From positions 1-24,973 of the forward strand of contig DAOVER010000042.1 of NCBI GenBank assembly GCA_030668875.1: DNA of 24,973 bases. The letters run 5' to 3'. The stretch's first letter is position 1. The number at the start of each line of letters is the position of its first letter. This document shows positions 16,770 to 23,899 of the stretch, in pieces. The stretch comes from Candidatus Heimdallarchaeota archaeon. GTDB taxonomy: Archaea > Asgardarchaeota > Heimdallarchaeia > Heimdallarchaeales > Heimdallarchaeaceae. The position numbers and the translations under genes are program-made. Under the pieces are notes generated by a model. It was not told where the DNA came from. It saw nothing but the letters and a program-made list of their open reading frames with translations, and searched no databases.

Positions 16770-17563
16770 TGTTCATCTTCCTCGCTAATTCTTTGAATAA
16801 TTTCGATATCCGCTTGAGCCGCACTCAAACTCTTTACTGATTCAAGTTCTTCGATGAAATCCAACAAATCTCTCCTTTTCATTTGTTGTTTTTTATATCT
16901 TGCAACATAGAAAGTTTGAATCATTGAATTTAAGTGGGGAAGAATATTAGGCAAATCGAGTGAGCTTGCAAATTCTTTGGGTGTAAGATAAGTTTCTCTG
17001 CTTATCCCTAGAATTTTCTTCATGTTCTCATCAAGTTGATGGTAACCAAAAATTATGCCTTCCGTATATTTTTTATCTCTCAAATATTCCCTAAGTACTT
17101 CTGAAAGTGTTTTTATTTGTGTTCTGAACTTTTCTCTTCGAGCCTGGAGTGTGCCTCCAGTAACCAAGGAACTTGGCACTGGTCTTCTTTCCTCAGTTTT
17201 TCTTCTAAAAAACAGAAAAGCGATTAGAATTATTATAACTATTCCAACTGCTATAGGAATAACTTGAGCAGGAATAATTGCTTCACTTCCACCCTGTGGA
17301 TTATTTGGTGGAATAGTTGGAGTATCAGTTGGAGTGGTAGGAGTGTAGGGATCAGTAGTATTGAATGGATCTGATGGGGAAGTAGTTGGAGAGGAAGTAC
17401 TTGTAATTAAATCATTTTCATCACGATTATCTATACTAACGTACGTTTCTTGAGTACTATTTACCAGAATGAATATTAGTACACAAGCGAAAATTAGAAA
17501 CAATCGAACATTAATATATTTCTTGAAATCAATCTTCACTTGTATCACCTTTTTGAACTTCAT
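16766..17563 (-). CDS. Small single-pass protein with a Thr/Pro/Ser linker and C-terminal DUF4129 domain; likely true start GTG at 17539
   Basis: N-terminal hydrophobic segment, T/P/S tract, TM IAVGIVIIILIAFLFFRRK, tail LTPKEF...FYVARY. GGTGA + 5 nt + GTG at 17539. Confidence 0.8.
   Translation of the reverse strand: MKFKKVIQVKIDFKKYINVRLFLIFACVLIFILVNSTQETYVSIDNRDENDLITSTSSPTTSPSDPFNTTDPYTPTTPTDTPTIPPNNPQGGSEAIIPAQVIPIAVGIVIIILIAFLFFRRKTEERRPVPSSLVTGGTLQARREKFRTQIKTLSEVLREYLRDKKYTEGIIFGYHQLDENMKKILGISRETYLTPKEFASSLDLPNILPHLNSMIQTFYVARYKKQQMKRRDLLDFIEELESVKSLSAAQADIEIIQRISEEDEQ
17290..17410 (-). repeat. Low-complexity Thr/Pro/Ser linker (TSTSSPTTSPSDPFNTTDPYTPTTPTDTPTIPPNNP)
   Basis: Imperfect AGTTGGAG-like repeats on the + strand, reflecting repeated Pro/Thr codons. 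Confidence 0.7.
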
Positions 17564-18539
17564 CTATTACTAGTTTGCTTTGACGAAGGAAAGCATAAAT
17601 TTTGCACAAAGGCCAATATCTGCTCAAGCACACTTGATATTTGTGAGCTGCTGTAAGATATCCCAAATAAGCACATCTTCCATCTTCATAATATATGCAT
17701 GTATCAGCTTTTTCTCTTCTAAGGATTAAATTAACTGTTCTATTCAAGTATACCATCGATAAAGCACTAAATTGCCTTTCGCTTCTCTTCGGAGGTTCGT
17801 CCAAATCGAAGATTGTTTTTACTGATAATGGCATATCTGGAAGAATTAAATGTGAGTAAGATACCTTTGAACCTTTCTTGGTTGTTGATATACTAGACAG
17901 AAGTTTACCTAAGCTAATACCAAGTGCCCCTCCAAGCCCACTTACTAGGGTTAGCGAAAATGCAAATATGAATAGGAACCCAAAGGCCAAACTTTGTATG
18001 GATGAGCTATCGGTACCAGCAGAGCTCAGTGAAGTAAATAGAATTATCTGGGAGAAGTAAAGAAGGATAAAGAAGAGAAGAGAAAAAACAACGGTTGGAA
18101 TGATGAGATCTTGAGCTTCTTCTCTCCATATAATACCAGCAATTATACCAGAAAGGAGAAAGGGTATGAAGGCCGTAATTATGTAATTAGAGAGTAGTAC
18201 GAAGGGGTCTGTATATGTACCTTCAAATGCAAATTTAAATGGTAAAACTAAAAAGGACTGAGGAGTCCAAACAACGTCAGATACAATGAATTGGTCTTGG
18301 AGGAAATGGTAAAGGACACCAAAAAACATTGAAAAAGCATATCCAATTGCCATGTAAGTTGAGATTCTTAGAATAAGTTTAGTAATATACTCCCGTTTTC
18401 CTCTATTTTTCAAATGAGGAAAAATTAATTTATACATGAATTCCCTATAATTCATCTTGAGTGGAGTGGTACCTCCTTTAACCTTTGGGCCTTCATCTAC
18501 TGGAAGAGGGGGTCGTTGTGTAATTACCATATTATTCAC
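17529..18539 (-). CDS. Hypothetical membrane protein (about 4 TMs) with a C-terminal cytoplasmic Cys4 putative Zn-binding domain; likely true start ATG at 18530
   Basis: Four hydrophobic segments, then CIYYEDGRC-x14-C-x7-C. The annotated GTG lies inside GGTGA, which is 5 nt before ATG 18530. Confidence 0.75.
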   Translation of the reverse strand: MNNMVITQRPPLPVDEGPKVKGGTTPLKMNYREFMYKLIFPHLKNRGKREYITKLILRISTYMAIGYAFSMFFGVLYHFLQDQFIVSDVVWTPQSFLVLPFKFAFEGTYTDPFVLLSNYIITAFIPFLLSGIIAGIIWREEAQDLIIPTVVFSLLFFILLYFSQIILFTSLSSAGTDSSSIQSLAFGFLFIFAFSLTLVSGLGGALGISLGKLLSSISTTKKGSKVSYSHLILPDMPLSVKTIFDLDEPPKRSERQFSALSMVYLNRTVNLILRREKADTCIYYEDGRCAYLGYLTAAHKYQVCLSRYWPLCKIYAFLRQSKLVIDEVQKGDTSED

Positions 18540-20222
18540 CTATATAACTATCAATCTAACTCCTTTTGAAGTTTTTAATAGAAAGTAAACACTTGCAGAA
18601 GCTAATGTAAGTGTGCATAACATAACTATGATTCCATAGACCATCAATGAGATAGTGATTATCAAAAGTACTGAAAAAATTATCATATACAATGAGGTCA
18701 CAATTAGTGATATTGCAACAATTGAAAGAAGGTTTATGGAACTTATAATAGATTTTACTCTGTGTTGTTTATATCTGTACCATACCACGGTTGCGAATAA
18801 TGCAATTACAATAGAAAGTAAGAATAAAGAATAACCTAGGAAAGACACTGTATCTTCAATAGTAGTAAACGTAAAAATAAAGCTGATAAATATCCCAATA
18901 GCCAGAAATCGAGTAAATCCAACTGCAATTGAGGAGAAAAATGGTGGGGAGGAGGAACTCATCTTTTCGAATAATGCATCTACTTCTGTTCCACAGGACC
19001 AACAAACACGTGCAAATTGCGGTAGTACTTGATTGCAGTTTCGGCACTGGATTTTAGGGAAAGACCAACAATTCAGACAAAATTCCCCATTATATACTGG
19101 TGTTCGACACTGTGAACATACCATCAAATTAGTTTTTTCATCATAAAGAGGTTCTGTGTTCTTCATTTTCTCAAGATCTTCCTTTAAAGGGGGTGAGTGA
19201 GAAGAAATATCTGGACATAGCTTCTCAATGTGTTGAGTAAAACATTTAGGACAAAAACTAGGAACAGAGAGCATTATCACTAAAACAAATATCCCAAACA
19301 AAACATAAGATAAGTTTCCAAGAAGAGAAGAGATCAGCAATATCGTTTCCTCACCTGTGCTAAAATTCCATAAACTATGGAAAGAAATGCTCAAAATTAG
19401 AAACAAACCGCAAATTACTATTCTCGTATATTTTGGAAGTTTATTGCGATATAGGAATGCTAACCCCAAACCTGTAGCAGCTAACATAGTTGTTACGGTG
19501 TGTAAAGGGTAGATGCTTCGAAGAGGAACTAAGAAATCAACAGCGGTTTCAGGGTTAGAAGAATATAAAAGAAATTGTTCAAATAAATCAAACCATGCAC
19601 CAAAAAATCCTCCAAACATAACAAAAATTCTGAATGAAGGTGTAAGTCTTGTATGAATTGATCGTTTAGCATTGAGATTTAATCTAGCATAGTTTCCAAA
19701 CAAGATGATTATGGGGAAAATCTTTGCTATTTCTTCAACTATAGGAATAATAAGTAAGAAGAAGATATTATGTATGATCTGATATACCACAGGAAATGAG
19801 TCTGACGACGAGAAAAATCCAGAAGTAAAGGTCACCAAAATAAAAAATTCCTTTTCTATAATTACAGCAAAATAAGGGGACAGAACCCCCACCACTAAGA
19901 GGAGAGAAAAGAGTTTCTTGATTAGCTTGGTTTCAAGTTGAGTGCTTGTTATACTAAATAGGAAATAAATACATGTTACCCAGAGAATGAAAAATACTGT
20001 AATTATGAGAATTATAACAATAGGAAAATATACAGAATTTTCGTATCTAGTAACAATGGTAACTAGGAAATAAGCGAGAACCGTTAAAAAGACTAAAGAT
20101 ACAACTTTAGCTAGTGTTGAGAAACTCAAGATGCGCTTGTGTATTGGTTCAATGATTAATAATTCTTCAACTGGAGTATCTGCTTCTTTTTTCTTAGCTG
20201 AAACATTAACCATTGTTCCCAA
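18540..20222 (-). CDS. prsW: PrsW-family (M82) intramembrane metalloprotease with internal zinc-ribbon domains and extra C-terminal TMs
   Basis: All four PrsW motifs in order: IVEEIAK, FDLFE, PLHTV, FHSLWN. Then CPKC..H..C and four CxxC pairs (CSQC, CLNC, CRNC, CWSC), followed by about 4 more TMs. Confidence 0.85.
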   Translation of the reverse strand: MGTMVNVSAKKKEADTPVEELLIIEPIHKRILSFSTLAKVVSLVFLTVLAYFLVTIVTRYENSVYFPIVIILIITVFFILWVTCIYFLFSITSTQLETKLIKKLFSLLLVVGVLSPYFAVIIEKEFFILVTFTSGFFSSSDSFPVVYQIIHNIFFLLIIPIVEEIAKIFPIIILFGNYARLNLNAKRSIHTRLTPSFRIFVMFGGFFGAWFDLFEQFLLYSSNPETAVDFLVPLRSIYPLHTVTTMLAATGLGLAFLYRNKLPKYTRIVICGLFLILSISFHSLWNFSTGEETILLISSLLGNLSYVLFGIFVLVIMLSVPSFCPKCFTQHIEKLCPDISSHSPPLKEDLEKMKNTEPLYDEKTNLMVCSQCRTPVYNGEFCLNCWSFPKIQCRNCNQVLPQFARVCWSCGTEVDALFEKMSSSSPPFFSSIAVGFTRFLAIGIFISFIFTFTTIEDTVSFLGYSLFLLSIVIALFATVVWYRYKQHRVKSIISSINLLSIVAISLIVTSLYMIIFSVLLIITISLMVYGIIVMLCTLTLASASVYFLLKTSKGVRLIVI

Positions 20223-20296
20223 CTCTTTTACTTCTATTAATCAGTAGCATATTTAGAGATATATCATTTTCGTGTTTGAGGTTGGTAATATTGAAC

Positions 20297-20311
20297 ACTT
20301 AAAACCTTTTA
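20297..20311 (-). promoter_or_regulatory. Candidate BRE-TATA for module 2 (TAAAAGG-TTTTAAGT)
   Basis: Purine-rich BRE-like run abutting a TATA-like octamer about 75 nt upstream of the prsW start; resembles the element at 20679-20694. Confidence 0.4.
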
Positions 20312-20333
20312 TGAGAATCGTATAACTACTATG

Positions 20334-20367
20334 AAAATAAAAATAAGTAGAAGAACTAGGTCTTCTA
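20334..20367 (-). terminator. Hairpin plus T-rich tract after the 84-aa gene
   Basis: 20-bp near-perfect palindrome TAGAAGAACTAGGTCTTCTA (20348-20367, one mismatched pair), 11 nt after the stop, followed on the minus strand by CTTATTTTTATTTT. Could instead be an operator. Confidence 0.5.
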
Positions 20368-20378
20368 ATCGGTTGGTT

Positions 20379-20633
20379 TTATTCTATTAGTGCAGCCTCT
20401 GTAATGTCACCTATTCCTTTGAAAAGGAAGAATATGAATATAATTGCTGCTCCTATGAAAATACCCAACAGTGCAAACACGGGTATTGGTTCATTGGAAA
20501 AATCAATTTCTCCTGTAACAATATTTTGGACGGGTCCAGCAAGGAAGAATGATAGAAGCATTGCTCCCATAGATAATGTCAATGGAATAAAATAGAATAA
20601 AGTAATTTTAAGAGCTTGTAGTATTTTTACCAA
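20379..20633 (-). CDS. Small 2-TM hypothetical membrane protein (84 aa); TTG start
   Basis: Two hydrophobic helices; GGAGA 8 nt upstream of the TTG; has its own candidate promoter and terminator. Confidence 0.65.
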   Translation of the reverse strand: MVKILQALKITLFYFIPLTLSMGAMLLSFFLAGPVQNIVTGEIDFSNEPIPVFALLGIFIGAAIIFIFFLFKGIGDITEAALIE

Positions 20634-20678
20634 TTTAACGGTCTCCGAGTAATCGTTAACCCTTTTTCTCTCTTGAAT

Positions 20679-20694
20679 CTTTTAAACCTTTTTT
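20679..20694 (-). promoter_or_regulatory. Candidate BRE-TATA (AAAAAAGG-TTTAAAAG) for the 84-aa gene
   Basis: Good archaeal promoter geometry about 46 nt upstream of the start, leaving room for a short leader containing the RBS. Confidence 0.5.
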
Positions 20695-20746
20695 AATTCC
20701 CTTACTTAAATGAGAATCATAATTTTCTTTGAATTGACTAATGGTT

Positions 20747-20770
20747 AAAAACAAAAAAGGAAAATAAAGA
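20747..20770 (-). terminator. Oligo-T terminator after the TPR gene
   Basis: Minus strand TCTTTATTTTCCTTTTTTGTTTTT begins 5 nt after the stop; typical archaeal U-tract termination. Confidence 0.5.
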
Positions 20771-20775
20771 ATCTA

Positions 20776-21498
20776 TCAACTATGCTTCTCTGTAAGAATT
20801 CTCATTTTTTCTTTAACTTCTTCAATTCTTCCTTGAGATCCAGCTAGTTGATAATTTTGAAGAGCATCAGAATAATATTTCAAAGCTAGTTGGGGTTTTT
20901 CTTCTTCAACAAAGAGAGCATTATAGTAAGCTAGATGAGCCTTAATAACTGGTTCATCAGAACCTCTTTCCCCCATGGTTTCAACAGCTTTCTTAAGAAA
21001 AACTTTTCTTCCAGAAATATTCTTCTCTGCTGCGGCACGAGAGATATATGATTTTGCTTTGCAATCAAGTTCTTCAGCTTTGACATCTATTCTTTGGTAA
21101 GCAATTGCAGCTTGTTCAAAATGAGAAGCGGCTTCAACAAATCTCTTCTCAGTCATAAGTTGTCGAGCAATCACTCGCAAGATTTTTGCTTGTTGATTGA
21201 AAATTCTCTGGTATTCTGTAATCATACCTAAGCGATGGTAAAAACCACCTGATCTTCCCAAGTAATTTGCTGCTTCTAGTGCTTTGTTGAATTTAATAGC
21301 ATCCATACCAAGATACTCATAGTATAAAGCCTTTGCCAAATCTATCTGCTTTCTATTCTCACTTTGCTTGAAAATTTCTATGGCTTTATCAGCATGTTCA
21401 GATGCCTCTCCATATTTCTTCTGTTGAGCAGCTAAACGTGCTTTTCCTAAATGTTCATTGGCTTTTTCTGCAGTAGATTTTTTTATCCCTTTAAACAA
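20776..21498 (-). CDS. All-helical TPR/SNAP-like repeat protein (240 aa); TTG start
   Basis: Repeated helix pairs KKYGEASEHADKAIEIF, KALEAANYLGRSGGFY, RFVEAASHFEQAAIAY and LALKYYSDALQNY; AGGTG 8 nt upstream. Confidence 0.75.
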   Translation of the reverse strand: MFKGIKKSTAEKANEHLGKARLAAQQKKYGEASEHADKAIEIFKQSENRKQIDLAKALYYEYLGMDAIKFNKALEAANYLGRSGGFYHRLGMITEYQRIFNQQAKILRVIARQLMTEKRFVEAASHFEQAAIAYQRIDVKAEELDCKAKSYISRAAAEKNISGRKVFLKKAVETMGERGSDEPVIKAHLAYYNALFVEEEKPQLALKYYSDALQNYQLAGSQGRIEEVKEKMRILTEKHS

Positions 21499-21653
21499 CT
21501 AATTGCACCTTTCCAGTATTAGCTAAGCAACTGAGATAGATCTAGAATACCCAAGCTAGTTAAAAGGCAGAAGAATATAAACATTTGTTTAGTCTAAATC
21601 TAAGCTAGTTAGACATTGATTTCAGAGCCTTCAATTACATCATATGTTTATAA

Positions 21654-22403
21654 CTATTGAAATAATCTACGACCTTCTTCAAATTGAAGTTCATCAATAT
21701 CCGAAACAATCGATCGTTGTTTTAGTCCTTTTACTATAACAACGGGTATCATTTCTCCAGCTTGACCCATAACTAATTCAGCTGCTGAGCACACTTCATC
21801 AGCCAAAGCCACAACTGTTGATTTAAGCTTGTAACCAAAAATATCTTCTCTTCCCTTTGCATCATCGATAACTGAAAAATTGTAGGAGCCAATCGCTACA
21901 TTGATTGCACCGCGCCTTAAGGTTCTACCATGAGTATCGGCTATTAACAAAGATAGATTTTTTTGAAAAGTTTCAGATAGTTTTTTACCGATGAAAGTTG
22001 CTGATTTACTAGAATCAATTGGAAGAGTCACAGCACAGTTAGGTCGGGAATTTGATTGATCTACTGCAGAGTTAGCACAAATCCATCCTTGTTTGTTTTT
22101 TGTTATAATTATGTTATTTTCTACTTTTAGAAGTTTTGAAGCTTCTGACATTATAAGCTCAACAAGAGAGGGGTCTTTACCTGTTCTTCTTGCAATCAAT
22201 TCAGCAATAGGTGAAGGGTTAAGGGATGGCAGATAAAATTCCATTCCTTCGGATCTAGAGATTATAGTATGAGCAATTACTATTATGTCACCATCTGAGA
22301 TGGAAATGGTTGTTTTCCGAATGGAATCAATAATAAGGTCAGCTATATCATCGCCTTCCTTAATTATAGGTAATTCCAATGGAATGATCTCAACATGGTG
22401 CAT
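21654..22403 (-). CDS. cofE: Coenzyme F420-0:L-glutamate ligase
   Basis: LPIIKEGDDIA, GDIIVIAHTIISRSEG, CANSAVDQSN, IADTHGRTLRRG..VAIG, G.EDIFGY.L..T..A.ADE..SAAELVMG; GGTGA + 5 nt + ATG. Confidence 0.95.
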   Translation of the reverse strand: MHHVEIIPLELPIIKEGDDIADLIIDSIRKTTISISDGDIIVIAHTIISRSEGMEFYLPSLNPSPIAELIARRTGKDPSLVELIMSEASKLLKVENNIIITKNKQGWICANSAVDQSNSRPNCAVTLPIDSSKSATFIGKKLSETFQKNLSLLIADTHGRTLRRGAINVAIGSYNFSVIDDAKGREDIFGYKLKSTVVALADEVCSAAELVMGQAGEMIPVVIVKGLKQRSIVSDIDELQFEEGRRLFQ

Positions 22404-22424
22404 TTAATTCACCGCAAATGGAAT

Positions 22425-23480
22425 TTATGCAGATTCGATGGGAGCTAAAGCTTTAGCAATTTTTCTTTTTAATGACGATAATTTAACCGCAGGAGCTAAT
22501 GTTTCTTCCCATTTACCTTCATCAATTTTCTTCACATCTAATAAATTGTCTTTAAGAGCAAACTCGAATAATTCTTTTCCAGCTTCAGTTCTTATTAGAA
22601 TAATATTGCTATCATCATCAACACCAATATTGCCAATTGAGAGATCTGCAAATTCAGCAGCAAAGTCTTGACAATATTTACATCCTTCTGCTTTGGCACC
22701 ACCACACTCTTTGATTTTTATGTCGATCCTACCATCAGGATGTTCGAAGAAGAATTTCCCACGAGCACAATCAGTTTTTGTAAGATCGGGTGCAGAGATA
22801 CCTAGACTTTTAGATATAATGTCTCTAAAAGCAACAGGCTCATAGCAACTCATACAGAACAAGCCTATTTTGTATTTCACTCTGAAATCTGCTCCAAGGT
22901 TTTTCATATCCATCATATTAGTTAAAGTTTCATTATGACAGGGTAAACCAACCGTAGCAACTTTTTTCTTATTACTTAGTTTAATTGATGGGAGTTTTAT
23001 AAGAACGGGATTAAGAGTGTACTTAGATTTTGATGACTTTCGAATATCGAACTCAGAAAGTGCCAACATAGGCACGGGACTTAGTAAATCGTTTCCATGA
23101 CCGGTCACAAGTGCGCTATCAATTTTTCCTTTCTTCATAGCTGTTAAGAGCAAAGTAGTTACTATACCACCGTTTTGTGATCTAGAATGAATGTCCCCAT
23201 CTTTAGTTTTTCCTGTATAAACCTCCAAAATGGGCCCAATCTCATCTGCAGGATATTTGGGTTGTTCAACTTTTTGCTTAAATCGCAAGCATATATCTAC
23301 ACAAGCTCCACAAGAAATGCAAGCTCCTACAAGCTTAGGCTTTAGTTGCTCAATTGAAATAACATAGACAGGGCAAACAGCTTCACATCCTCCACAGGAG
23401 ACACAGTAACCTGGTTTTATTACTTCACGGTTTAACATTGCAAAATTTCTTTTTCTTTTTCTTGGTTCAGTATTGCTCAT
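22425..23480 (-). CDS. frhB: Coenzyme F420 hydrogenase/dehydrogenase beta-subunit family (FrhB/FpoF-type) with an N-terminal 2x[4Fe-4S] ferredoxin domain
   Basis: CVSCGGCEAVCP and CISCGACVDIC; SQNGGIVTTLL, SKSKY, TVGLPC, KIGLFCM, CKYCQDFAAEFADLSIG. Family is secure; FrhB versus FpoF/FqoF role is not. Confidence 0.9.
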   Translation of the reverse strand: MSNTEPRKRKRNFAMLNREVIKPGYCVSCGGCEAVCPVYVISIEQLKPKLVGACISCGACVDICLRFKQKVEQPKYPADEIGPILEVYTGKTKDGDIHSRSQNGGIVTTLLLTAMKKGKIDSALVTGHGNDLLSPVPMLALSEFDIRKSSKSKYTLNPVLIKLPSIKLSNKKKVATVGLPCHNETLTNMMDMKNLGADFRVKYKIGLFCMSCYEPVAFRDIISKSLGISAPDLTKTDCARGKFFFEHPDGRIDIKIKECGGAKAEGCKYCQDFAAEFADLSIGNIGVDDDSNIILIRTEAGKELFEFALKDNLLDVKKIDEGKWEETLAPAVKLSSLKRKIAKALAPIESA

Positions 23481-23526
23481 ATCAAATCAGCTCTAAGTAA
23501 AGATTAGGTTGAATAAGTATAATCTA

Positions 23527-23534
23527 TTTTTAAA
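23527..23534 (-). promoter_or_regulatory. Candidate TATA box (TTTAAAAA) for the frhB-cofE unit
   Basis: About 47 nt upstream of the ATG, the same distance as the candidate promoter of the 84-aa gene. Confidence 0.4.
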
Positions 23535-23899
23535 CTATGCGAGAGGGATATGACATGAATTTTCGATTTATATCTTCATGAATTCAAAGATTTTCGAGAT
23601 GGTTGTATTGAAGAAGCTATAGAGAAAGGAGAGTATTGGAATAAAGTATAGGAGTATTTAATCTATCAACTTATAATCAAAACTTTTCTCCTTGGGAAAT
23701 TTAAAAATATGAGGAAAGAAATCTATTGTTGGAAGATGATGAATCATAGATGTTTTGTGGATGTCATTGTCTAAAATAAAAATGCAAAGTCATTTTAAAT
23801 AAAATGTTTTTTTGAATATAAAAAATGTTTCTGAAAATGTGACTTTCCAGTTTACCTTTAGCTTTTTAATGCTTATGGTAGCTTAACTGGAAAACTTTT

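Noticed and set aside
21553-21615. Direct repeat AAGCTAGTTA (21553, 21602) and a GTCTAA/TTAGAC 6-bp stem
   Set aside because: Only two short copies, and AGCTAGTT also occurs inside nearby coding sequence; too weak to call an operator or a CRISPR remnant.
2238-22671. Remaining short ORFs nested in or antisense to long genes (for example 2500-2751, 4605-4805, 7606-7941, 11113-11367, 14372-14635, 16504-16788, 20404-20595, 22438-22671)
   Set aside because: They overlap well-supported CDSs, have no recognisable motifs, and are expected by chance in alternative frames.
23559-23651. Protein-like plus-strand fragment IFDLYLHEFKDFRDGCIEEAIEKGEYWNKV
   Set aside because: No start codon in frame (preceded by TGA), 30 codons, no recognisable family; cannot be supported as a gene or pseudogene.
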